Below are positions 17,231-25,436 of a DNA stretch of 25,436 nt, in pieces. Location of the stretch: positions 3,233-28,668 of the forward strand of contig JBECUL010000028.1 in the NCBI GenBank assembly GCA_040225955.1. Reading direction: 5' to 3'. The first letter of the stretch is position 1. Each line of letters starts with the position of its first letter. The translations under genes and the position numbers were made by a program. Below the pieces are notes generated by a model that was not told where the DNA came from, did not search any database, and saw nothing but the letters and a program-made list of their open reading frames with translations. Origin of the DNA: Candidatus Asgardarchaeum abyssi (GTDB lineage: Archaea; Asgardarchaeota; Asgardarchaeia; Asgardarchaeales; Asgardarchaeaceae).

Positions 17231-19021
17231 ATGATATTACTCAATTACCCGAGACCTGATTTTCGAAGAAAAAATTGGATTGATCTGACAGGAAAATGGC
17301 TATTTCATTTTGATTATAAGGAGAGATTAACATTTGAAAATGCAAAGGATCTAGATATGTACACTAATGAAATCAATGTGCCTTACCCTTATCAGAGTAC
17401 ATTGAGTGGCATTGGCGTAGATGTAGAATGTGATGTTATATGGTACGCTTGTCAATTCTCAGTTTCTCCTCTCCATCTAAAATCATATAAAACATTTTTA
17501 ATAAAATTCGGTGCCGTTGACTATGAGTCACATGTTTGGCTTAACGGAAAATATCTAGGAAAGCATATAGGTGGATATGACCCATTCTCATTTAACATTT
17601 CTGATATCGTCGAAAATGAGAATACCTTGATTCTGAAGGTTATTGATAGACATGGCGACCAACCTAGAGGAAAACAAGCAAAGAGAGGCGAAAAGCCAAG
17701 TGGTATCATTTATACAAAAGTTACTGGGATATGGCAACCCGTGTGGCTTGAAATGATAAAAGAGAAAACATACATCGAAAACTATCAAATAATCATAGAA
17801 TCCAGTAAGAGCTTTATTCTTAGAGTTCAAATGGGAGGTAAAATGAAAGAGGATCTATCACTTGAGGTGTCAATCACATCTGGAGGGGCCTCGATAGAAC
17901 AACGTGTCATAAGGCTGAAACAAATGATAGTAGAGGAGAAAATAGAACTTGAAGACCCAATCTTATGGAGCCCAGATGACCCCCATCTCTATGATCTGAA
18001 ATTGACGCTTAAGCATGACGAGGAAATTTTAGATGAGGTAGAGGGGTACTTTGGCTTAAGGGAAATCAGTATAAAGGGAGATAAGATTCTATTTAATGGA
18101 AAGCCCATATACCTGCAAATGGTGTTAGATCAAGGCTATTATCTAGATGGAATTTATACGCCTAAGCGTGTTGAAGATTTCTTAAGCGATCTCAAAAATG
18201 TTATAGAGATGGGCTTTAATGGTGTAAGAGCTCATCAAAAACCTCCAGATCCCAGATACCTTTACATAGCTGATTCATTAGGTGTGCTAGTTTGGGAAGA
18301 GATGGCTGACTGGGGTATGAGCTTAAAGAAAGAAAACCTTGAAATTTTCTTATCGCAGTGGAGGAACATAATAAAAAGAGACTTTAATCACCCAAGCGTT
18401 ATAACATGGGTTCCATTCAATGAGAGAATAGAGCCTACTAAAAGCGAAGAGGCAAGAAAGTTTATTTTAACAGTCTTTGAAGAAACTAAAAAGTTAGATC
18501 CAACAAGGCCAGTTATAGATTCAAGCGGCTGGACTCATGTAAAAACTGACATAATGGATATTCATGATTATCTATATTGCATGAATACGGGACGGGAGTA
18601 TTCGGAGATTTTAAACTATGAGGAGTTATGGAAACCAATTATTGAGGGAACCGAGTTAATAGAGATAGGGTCAGAGCCTTTCCGTATTTCGATCCCCGGA
18701 ACGTATAAAAAACAACCAATAGTTATCAGTGAGTTCGGCGGCTGGGGAATAGAAGGACAAAAGCCAGTAATTGATAGAAAACCATATGTCTATGCAAAAT
18801 TATATGACTCCTTTAGGTTACAAGCGAAATTTGAAGAAATTGTCAAAGCAATAGCTTTGGCATCTCACATTTCTGGGTATTGCTACACTCAGCTTTATGA
18901 TGTAGAGGGCGAGCTAAACGGTCTACTAACGTACAACAGAAAATGGAAGGTAGATCCTCAAAAGATAAGAAAAGCGAACAACGAAGCTTTAAGAATATGG
19001 AAAGAAAAAGTAATGGAATAG
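17231..19021 (+). CDS. Glycoside hydrolase family 2 (beta-galactosidase/beta-glucuronidase-like)
   Basis: FGAVDY, GIWQPVWLE, WSPDDPHLY, NHPSVITWVPFNE (acid/base Glu) and PIVISEFGG (nucleophile Glu); GGTGA precedes ATG 17231, while the track starts at 17219. Confidence 0.93.
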   Translation: MILLNYPRPDFRRKNWIDLTGKWLFHFDYKERLTFENAKDLDMYTNEINVPYPYQSTLSGIGVDVECDVIWYACQFSVSPLHLKSYKTFLIKFGAVDYESHVWLNGKYLGKHIGGYDPFSFNISDIVENENTLILKVIDRHGDQPRGKQAKRGEKPSGIIYTKVTGIWQPVWLEMIKEKTYIENYQIIIESSKSFILRVQMGGKMKEDLSLEVSITSGGASIEQRVIRLKQMIVEEKIELEDPILWSPDDPHLYDLKLTLKHDEEILDEVEGYFGLREISIKGDKILFNGKPIYLQMVLDQGYYLDGIYTPKRVEDFLSDLKNVIEMGFNGVRAHQKPPDPRYLYIADSLGVLVWEEMADWGMSLKKENLEIFLSQWRNIIKRDFNHPSVITWVPFNERIEPTKSEEARKFILTVFEETKKLDPTRPVIDSSGWTHVKTDIMDIHDYLYCMNTGREYSEILNYEELWKPIIEGTELIEIGSEPFRISIPGTYKKQPIVISEFGGWGIEGQKPVIDRKPYVYAKLYDSFRLQAKFEEIVKAIALASHISGYCYTQLYDVEGELNGLLTYNRKWKVDPQKIRKANNEALRIWKEKVME

Positions 19022-19022
19022 T

Positions 19023-20297
19023 TTATTTCTTCTTCTCTCTTTTTAATTCTCTTGCTGGTATAAGTGGAATCACCGTAAGTAATATCAATAACGCGGCTGC
19101 CATAAAGATTATTGGCGTTGGAATATATCCTGGTTGTCCATCAATTATTGTAGGAATCCCATATTCTGATGCCAGCCAACCTCCTATTAATGGTCCGGGA
19201 ATCATTGTAAATAGAACAGTAAATAATATGAAATATCCACTAAATTGTCCTCGCTTCTCTTCAGGGTAAAGATCCTTTATCCAAGTGCCAGAAGATATAG
19301 ACCAAGTAGTCATAAAGAACAACCAGAGGGTTCCTGTTATGAATAGCAGAACTATATCTGTAGAGATAGCAAAAAGGAACAATGAGATACTTTCCATGAA
19401 AATTGATACGACCGCTATCTTTTTTCGACCTATTTTATCTGTAAGAATTCCTATTGGATATGATGCTATAATTGAGACCAAGAGAGCAAAAAATATCAGA
19501 AGCGATGCTACTTCTAAGCTTAACTTTATGTAATGCTGAAGATATATGATGATGAAAGGGAAAAAGACGTTAACTGCCATACCCCAAAGCCCAGCTCCCG
19601 TCAGTACCAAGAAATAATCCTTATACTCCTTTATCTTTTCTCTTCTAAAAGTACTCTTTATATGTTCCCAGATACTTATATTCAATGGCTTTAAATTTTC
19701 AGGTTCCGGCGCAAGTATAGCTCCTGTTACGCCAAAAACACCTACAAGAGCACCAACTATGTAGAAGAATATAAAGTAGCCAAACCATTCAATTATGAAT
19801 CCAGAAGCACCATAAGTAAGTAGTGCAGCAAGTAAAGTCATTATTTGAACTAGGCCAACAGCCTTACCTCGATTCTCTAAGGTTGTAACATCAGTAACAT
19901 AAGCATTGAATGTAGCGTCATATGCAGTAGATCCAAAGAATGTCATTATACAGTCAAATAGAATTGCAATGAACACAGCTATAGCCACAGGTCTAAGTAG
20001 TGCAGCAAGGGGGAATATTGCAGTTGTGACAGTCCACGCTATATATCCAACAAGTAGAAATATTTTCCTTTTACCCTTAATATCACTCAGAGATCCCATA
20101 AATATAGTAGTTATTGTTGCTACGGCAGCGCTCGCTGCAACCATGTATGAAACATACATAGGCACCGGTGCAATTGCGTTATATAAGAAAACATTATAAT
20201 ATTGATTTTCAACTGCCCAAGCAACTTGACCTGCGAATGAGAGAAAAGATATTGTAACTAAAATTCGTGGAGGTAGTTTTTCTGGCATGTTCATCAC
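19023..20297 (-). CDS. MFS transporter, probably for sugars or glycosides
   Basis: About 12 TM; motif A in both halves (GSLSDIKGKRK, GILTDKIGRKK). Confidence 0.9.
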   Translation of the reverse strand: MMNMPEKLPPRILVTISFLSFAGQVAWAVENQYYNVFLYNAIAPVPMYVSYMVAASAAVATITTIFMGSLSDIKGKRKIFLLVGYIAWTVTTAIFPLAALLRPVAIAVFIAILFDCIMTFFGSTAYDATFNAYVTDVTTLENRGKAVGLVQIMTLLAALLTYGASGFIIEWFGYFIFFYIVGALVGVFGVTGAILAPEPENLKPLNISIWEHIKSTFRREKIKEYKDYFLVLTGAGLWGMAVNVFFPFIIIYLQHYIKLSLEVASLLIFFALLVSIIASYPIGILTDKIGRKKIAVVSIFMESISLFLFAISTDIVLLFITGTLWLFFMTTWSISSGTWIKDLYPEEKRGQFSGYFILFTVLFTMIPGPLIGGWLASEYGIPTIIDGQPGYIPTPIIFMAAALLILLTVIPLIPARELKREKKK

Positions 20298-20529
20298 GCA
20301 AGCAGTATATAATTAGCAATATAAAGAAGTGTAAAAGAGATATATAAGGATTCAACAAAAACAGCCATATGTTGGAGATAATTAATGCAATAGAGTTGCT
20401 AACTTTTCTAAAAGTTTTTAAGCATGATAGTGATAAAATTTCTTAAAGATTACATTAATAAGTTTGGAAGGGACTATTGCTTCTTTTTGCAATAGTTCCT
20501 TCGTTCTGTAAAATCTTGGAGTTGGAAAA

Positions 20530-20973
20530 ATGAGTCGTATTTGGAAGGTTGTTTTTGAAGGAGAAGAGCCTGGAGTAGCTGATGACTTTGAATTGAGCTT
20601 TGTAGACGTAAGAGATGTGATAGGAAGGTTTATAGGAGTGAAAAGAGAGGCCATGGACAAAATTACAGAAAACATAAAAACTGAAGAGAAATATAATTCA
20701 ATAGGCAACATAAAGGAAGTAGTTAGTCCAGAGGGTGAGGAGTTATCATTAGGTGATTTCATTGCTCTACTTGGAATAGATAAGAACGATCTAAGGTTTG
20801 GTTTTCTCTTTGCGTTTATAGAGAATGAAGCAACGTTAATCGCTATCTGGCCAGAACTCTTTGCAGATGCTATAAAGGAAAATGAGAATATACTAGGCGG
20901 TGTGATATATTATATGGTGGAGAAGCCTGATAACTGGAAGAGAGTGGATTTAATTTTACCGATTAAAGAATGA
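20530..20973 (+). CDS. Hypothetical soluble acidic protein
   Basis: 147-aa ORF with genome-typical composition and GGAG upstream; no motif recognised. Confidence 0.7.
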   Translation: MSRIWKVVFEGEEPGVADDFELSFVDVRDVIGRFIGVKREAMDKITENIKTEEKYNSIGNIKEVVSPEGEELSLGDFIALLGIDKNDLRFGFLFAFIENEATLIAIWPELFADAIKENENILGGVIYYMVEKPDNWKRVDLILPIKE

Positions 20974-21272
20974 GATAGCCTCATCAATACACTAAAATTA
21001 GTGAGGCCAGCGATACAATAATGCTCACCCTTTTTATCATATTTTAAATTTATACAATTTTATTCTCTTAAGAAGCACACAAACCATTTTCTTATAGACA
21101 TTGAAAATCTCAGTTGTGTAATCCATAAAAATAGTCTCAAGGATTACTCTAAAGGATTCATTTGCTCTATCATTAAGATTAAGTGCTTGTAACAATAGCT
21201 CTGTAACAATTGATTTTGCTAATTATCGAAAAAATAATGATGTCTGAAGCTTTATTAGAAACCGAAAATTAT

Positions 21273-21294
21273 ATTTTGTGCTATAGCACAAAAT
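21273..21294. promoter_or_regulatory. Perfect 22-bp palindrome, candidate operator
   Basis: attttgtgctatagcacaaaat equals its own reverse complement and lies 20 bp upstream of ATG 21315. Confidence 0.7.
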
Positions 21295-21314
21295 TATATA
21301 GTAGGTGGTGAAAA

Positions 21315-21581
21315 ATGCCATTCGGAATGGGGCCAGCCGGATGGTTTCTAATGCCTTACATAGCAAGTTGGTTCAGCTATGCATTTAGATACTGGCCCTA
21401 CATGTGGTGGCCTTGGTGGCCATATTACTACTTATGGACTATGCCATATATGTATCCCTACGCATACCCGGTCATGTCTAAAGAAGAAGAATTAAGAATT
21501 TTAGAAGAAAATGCAAGGATGTTGGAACAACGGTTAAATGACATAAGGAAACGCATTGATGAATTAAAAAAGAGTGAATAA
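21315..21581 (+). CDS. DUF5320-like small protein
   Basis: MPFGMGP start, Tyr/Trp/Pro-rich low-complexity middle, C-terminal coiled coil SKEEELRILEENARMLEQRLNDIRKRIDEL; AGGTGGTGA RBS. Confidence 0.75.
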   Translation: MPFGMGPAGWFLMPYIASWFSYAFRYWPYMWWPWWPYYYLWTMPYMYPYAYPVMSKEEELRILEENARMLEQRLNDIRKRIDELKKSE

Positions 21582-21600
21582 AAAATAGTGTGTGCTTTCA

Positions 21601-21628
21601 TTTTACTTTTTTTATTTCTTTCTTCTTT
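21601..21628 (+). terminator. Oligo-T tract, putative archaeal terminator
   Basis: ttttactttttttatttctttcttcttt starts 20 nt after the 21581 stop. Confidence 0.4.
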
Positions 21629-21652
21629 ATAATGATCATTAAGCTTAAACTG

Positions 21653-22384
21653 TCAAGATATTGTAACCTTCTTGAGTCGCCCTCCAATCATAATGCATAA
21701 AAGGAATACGATAAACCCGCCAAAATCACTTAGAGGAGGGACCATCATGAGAATGCCTCCTATTAGCAATATCGTATTCCAAGTAGAATAATCTGGGAGC
21801 TTATACTCTGAAGTTATAAGATCGATAAATCTTGAAATGAATATAATTCCTAGCCCTAAAACTGCATTAGAACACCATGAAATGTAATCATAAATTGGTG
21901 GACTGATCAAGCTTTCAAGCGGACCACCCATTGGCATCTCGTAGTATGATTCAATTGCGCTAGCTACTTGTTCAACTGATACGAAGAATTGAAAGTATAT
22001 CATAAAGTAGGTAGAATTTAAAATTTCAATTAAGTGACCTACGATTATAAGAATAACACCATACTTTAAGATTTTGTAATCCTTAGTTAGATTGGTATTC
22101 GCCAAATTTAATTTAATAGCACCATATAATGGAAATATTGCTGCAATTATATACACAATTGAAACCATTTTCAGAAAGTTTAAAAAAACCTCTGCAAACT
22201 CAATTAAAGTTTTCTTACCCTCCATGTATAAAGATTGGATTGTAGAAACTGGTGCTGCAAGGATTAAAATCGCAAAGAGTACGATAACAAATGGTACTAC
22301 CAGCATAGAGCCGTAAAAGTGCAAAGAGCTTCCAAAATTACGAACATTTTCAAATACTGGAAACTTCTCATTTTTGTTCTCCAT
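21653..22384 (-). CDS. Multi-pass membrane protein of unknown function
   Basis: About 6 hydrophobic segments; AAGGGGG RBS-like element before ATG 22384, while the track starts at 22447. Confidence 0.7.
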   Translation of the reverse strand: MENKNEKFPVFENVRNFGSSLHFYGSMLVVPFVIVLFAILILAAPVSTIQSLYMEGKKTLIEFAEVFLNFLKMVSIVYIIAAIFPLYGAIKLNLANTNLTKDYKILKYGVILIIVGHLIEILNSTYFMIYFQFFVSVEQVASAIESYYEMPMGGPLESLISPPIYDYISWCSNAVLGLGIIFISRFIDLITSEYKLPDYSTWNTILLIGGILMMVPPLSDFGGFIVFLLCIMIGGRLKKVTIS

Positions 22385-22558
22385 GTTTTTGGTCCCCCTT
22401 ATATGTATATATTGTCTAGAGGCTTTAAAAAACATTTTGTTTTTCATTAATGCTTTATAAGAGTGGATTGCATAACTATTTCAGAAAAATAAGAGCCTAG
22501 GATATATATTAAAGAAGAGTTATAACAATTTACCTAGAAGTCCGAGTGTGAAGGATCT

Positions 22559-23331
22559 ATGGCTGAGGATTTTAATTTTGAGGCCAAAATTTATGATTAT
22601 GTATGGGGTAGCAAAGATTATCATCCAGAAGTACTAGCGTTAGATAGGATATTTAAGAAATTTTCAGTTAAGGATATTTTAGATGCTGGTTGCGGCACTG
22701 GAAATCACGCTATCCTTCTAGGTGAGTTAGGATACAATACAATGTTATTGGTGTTGATATTTCCGAAGAGATGGTAAAAAGGGCCAAAGGAAAGAATAAA
22801 TGGGAGAACGTAAAGTTTTTCGTAGAAGACATACGAGAACTTAATTTTAGAGAAGAATTTGATGCTACTATTTGTCTCGGAGTTACGATAGCTCATATGG
22901 TGACAGATAGAGATATGGATATGTTTTTTGCAAGCATATACAATGCACTAAGAAGTGAAGGTATTTTCATATTCAACGCTAAAAATGCAAAGAGGATAGA
23001 TGAGTCGCTATTAAATAAACTTCGACCAGGAGAATATGTTAATGTAGAGGATCTAAGAATAATGAGCCTTGATTTTGTTAGTAGAGATAAGGAGAATCCA
23101 AATGTATTAATCTGGGAACCCATATGGTTCATAAAGGAAGGAAGCACTGTCGATTTTATTAGGAGGAAGATTAAGCTTAGATGGTTCTACAAAGATGAAA
23201 TAATGTCCTTTATCAAAAAGCACAATTTTAGAGTTATAGAGGTGCTAGGTGATTCTTTAACAGGAGATACCTTTGATGAGACAATTCATAGCGAGATGTA
23301 CTTTGTGCTGCAAAAAAGTAATAAGGTCTAA
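22559..23331 (+). pseudogene. Class I SAM-dependent methyltransferase split by a 5-bp duplication
   Basis: ILDAGCGTGNH in the first ORF. tacaa-tacaa at 22733-22742 shifts the frame; removing one copy restores GYNVIGVDISEEMVKRAK and continues to EEFDATIC and LRSEGIFIF. Confidence 0.9.
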
Positions 23332-23373
23332 TATTCACATAGATTATATTACTGCTCTTAGTGAGGAGTTATC

Positions 23374-23718
23374 ATGCCAAGGAAAAAGTATAAACTTTCA
23401 GATATTTTTGCCATCCTAGGAGCCTTTCTAGCTATTCTATCAGGAGCTCTAACAATAATAGGAACTAGCCTTTCTACGTTGATTCACTTGTCAATTCCAG
23501 CATTTGGAGGTTTTGCAAGCGGACTAATAGCTGGCTTAGTACTTGTTATAATAGGCGTAATTGTACTTGGGAGTTTAGGTGTAATATCAAGCTCCATGAG
23601 GGTTGAGATGAACTGGATCGCATACTTTGTATTCGCAATTGTGACGTTTCTGCTTGGATCTACGCTATCTGCCTTACTTTTCTTATTAGCGACAATCCTT
23701 GCGTTCTTTAAATCGTAA
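23374..23718 (+). CDS. Small membrane protein (3-4 TM)
   Basis: 114 aa, almost wholly hydrophobic; GAGGAG RBS. Confidence 0.75.
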   Translation: MPRKKYKLSDIFAILGAFLAILSGALTIIGTSLSTLIHLSIPAFGGFASGLIAGLVLVIIGVIVLGSLGVISSSMRVEMNWIAYFVFAIVTFLLGSTLSALLFLLATILAFFKS

Positions 23719-23838
23719 GCATTATTTACATTATTTTATTTCCTTCTTCTATTTTACAGAGCTCTATGATTTAATGGTGAAAATCGTAAAGGACAAAGTA
23801 AAGGAAAATATAGATAGCTATATGAGATAATTTAATTA

Positions 23839-24507
23839 TTATACTGCACCTGCTTTTTTTAAAGCCTTTATAAGTTGGTTCCATGCATAAGGATGAGTGT
23901 AGATACGTTCAACATTTTCCTCATATGTAATTTCCACCTCTGGTTCTTTATCAGGAACGCTAATATCGATATCAATATATCGAACAATTTTCCTATAGGA
24001 GGATTCTGGAGCGGCATAACATATCACACTTTTGAACCTATCTCTATTTCTTGAAAACCAAGCCTCAGCAACTCTTGCAAGCTTTTCCCATACAGTATTT
24101 GCAAGTTCCCAATCCCACTTATATCCGTATTTTTCTATCCATGGGAAAAAGGGGGCGTCATATATCAGATTATGTCCCCTCCACTTAAAGTTCCAATACT
24201 CTCTAGGTTCCAAGGCAAGAGGCTCAGACACTGTTACAAAATATATATTCTTGGCTTTCTTTTCCAGCTCTATTAGTTTCTTATGAAGAATGTTTCTTGG
24301 TGGATCATAAGGCTTTTTTGCGGCGCAAGGAACGAAAACGAGATGACTATCCTTAACTGGTGGCACATGCTCTTCTGCAATAAACTTCAACCAGTCCTTC
24401 ACAGGTGATTCGTCAAGAATTCTTAGCACATCACGAGGATCAGGTAGAAACAATTTCGGGTTTAAATCAGGATTTATCTTTAGTGCATCTTCTAAGGTCA
24501 TCTTCAT
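23839..24507 (-). CDS. DUF5591 / archaeosine synthase (ArcS) catalytic-like domain protein, stand-alone
   Basis: VFVPCAAKKPY...H and TVSEPLALEPRE resemble the ArcS-family PCxxxKPY and S-P-G-VPRE motifs; no TGT barrel or PUA domain. Confidence 0.65.
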   Translation of the reverse strand: MKMTLEDALKINPDLNPKLFLPDPRDVLRILDESPVKDWLKFIAEEHVPPVKDSHLVFVPCAAKKPYDPPRNILHKKLIELEKKAKNIYFVTVSEPLALEPREYWNFKWRGHNLIYDAPFFPWIEKYGYKWDWELANTVWEKLARVAEAWFSRNRDRFKSVICYAAPESSYRKIVRYIDIDISVPDKEPEVEITYEENVERIYTHPYAWNQLIKALKKAGAV

Positions 24508-24664
24508 TTTCCATTACCCGCGTATTTAGCTTTATTACTACATTGTTTTCATTATTATAGATTATATATAATTGTTAGCTTTTGTTAGAATATTAAGTAT
24601 TGAAAGACCTATTAGGTAGAAAAATAGGAATATTTATAAATGATAATAGGTCATAATACTGCGA

Positions 24665-24701
24665 TAGCAAAAAAGTTGCTACTTTTGGCTCTTTTTTGCT
24701 A
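24665..24701 (+). promoter_or_regulatory. Inverted repeat in the probable 5' UTR of ssb
   Basis: tagcaaaaaag (24665-24675) pairs with cttttttgcta (24691-24701); TATA-like tttataaa at 24633-24640; AAGGTGAG RBS follows. Confidence 0.5.
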
Positions 24702-24719
24702 ATTTAAAAGGTGAGTTAG

Positions 24720-25136
24720 ATGTCAGAATTTAGTACAATTGGTAGTTTAAGACCAGGTTTAAAACAAGTTAGTTTGAAATTTAAAGTTATCAGTAAATCT
24801 GATGTGCGAGAAGTAAATTCTCGTTTAGATGGATCGTTACATAGAGTAGCTGAAGCAGTAGTAGGCGATCCAAGTGGAGTAGTTACCATGACATTGTGGG
24901 ATGACCAAATAGATATGATAGATGAAGATGAGACTTATGTTTTAAAGAATGGACATACAAGTATCTTTAGAGAGAGACTGAGGTTAAATATTGGAAGATT
25001 TGGCTCTATTGAAAAATCAGACGAAAAGATTGAAGAAGTAAATATGGATAATGACGTTAGCAGTAGGACGTATGAGAGAAGAAGTAGAGAATATAGAGGT
25101 AGGGGCTTTACCAGACGAGGTAAAGGCCGCTACTGA
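24720..25136 (+). CDS. ssb: Single-OB-fold single-stranded DNA-binding protein
   Basis: VAEAVVGDPSGVVTMTLWD, NGHTSIFRERLRLNIGRFG and an Arg/Gly-rich tail, as in Sulfolobus-type SSB. Confidence 0.88.
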   Translation: MSEFSTIGSLRPGLKQVSLKFKVISKSDVREVNSRLDGSLHRVAEAVVGDPSGVVTMTLWDDQIDMIDEDETYVLKNGHTSIFRERLRLNIGRFGSIEKSDEKIEEVNMDNDVSSRTYERRSREYRGRGFTRRGKGRY

Positions 25137-25148
25137 TTTTTTATTTTT
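25137..25148 (+). terminator. Oligo-T terminator of ssb
   Basis: ttttttattttt immediately after the TGA stop. Confidence 0.5.
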
Positions 25149-25436
25149 GGCTAAAAACTTACTGTTTTTTTAAACGTGAATACTCATAGCAAAGGTGGTA
25201 TGAATTAAAAATAAATAGCCTAGCGCATTAGTACGTAGATGTGCTTTTATGCAAATGCTTAATTCTTTTTCTAAGTTAAGATTAAGAACGAATTTTTTAG
25301 TTAATTTATTTTAGATTTTGTTTTATTAGTAATAATTGCAAAAACCACTGATCGAGCATATGTAAAAATTAAGGAATTTCTGATTTAAGATGTTTTCGCA
25401 TTCATCAATCCCCAAAATCATGACCCTCTACCGCAA

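Noticed and set aside
20978-21007. Hairpin gcctca...tgaggc with inner cactaa/ttagtg after the 20973 stop
   Set aside because: Short and bulged, with no tRNA cloverleaf or C/D boxes; at most a 3'-end structure.
669-24286. Short antisense or overlapping track ORFs (e.g. 669-923, 2663-2998, 7017-7433, 9212-9484, 19906-20199, 20418-20762, 24032-24286)
   Set aside because: They shadow well-supported genes and have no recognisable motifs.
25326-25421. Minus-strand 31-aa ORF starting MILGIDE, like RNase HII
   Set aside because: It lacks the following AGRG motif and stops early; likely chance.

Overview
AT-rich archaeal chromosomal segment with GGTGA/GGAGG-type ribosome-binding sites. A Rab-like small GTPase and an arrestin-fold protein suggest an Asgard archaeon (inference, not proven). 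Intact genes: nucleotidyltransferase, S9 peptidase, radical SAM protein, VapC, TrmO/TsaA, a P-type ATPase, a ZIP transporter, a surface protein divergent from a membrane-anchored winged-helix regulator, a GH2 glycosidase, an MFS transporter, a DUF5320-like protein, a DUF5591/ArcS-like protein and SSB. Broken genes absent from or split in the ORF track: two antitoxin remnants, a P1B heavy-metal ATPase, rubredoxin and a SAM methyltransferase. No rRNA, tRNA, CRISPR array or transposase was recognised. Top candidates for novelty: (1) a P2A-like ATPase with intact catalytic motifs whose ion-binding site is rewritten (TM4 PEGLP to PINIP, reminiscent of the P4 flippase PISL; TM6 N/T/D to F/A/H), lying near arrestin-like and Rab-like genes; (2) a transmembrane one-component regulator and surface-protein pair separated by a roughly 10-bp-phased repeat array. 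All family assignments come from motif recognition by eye; no database searches were run.
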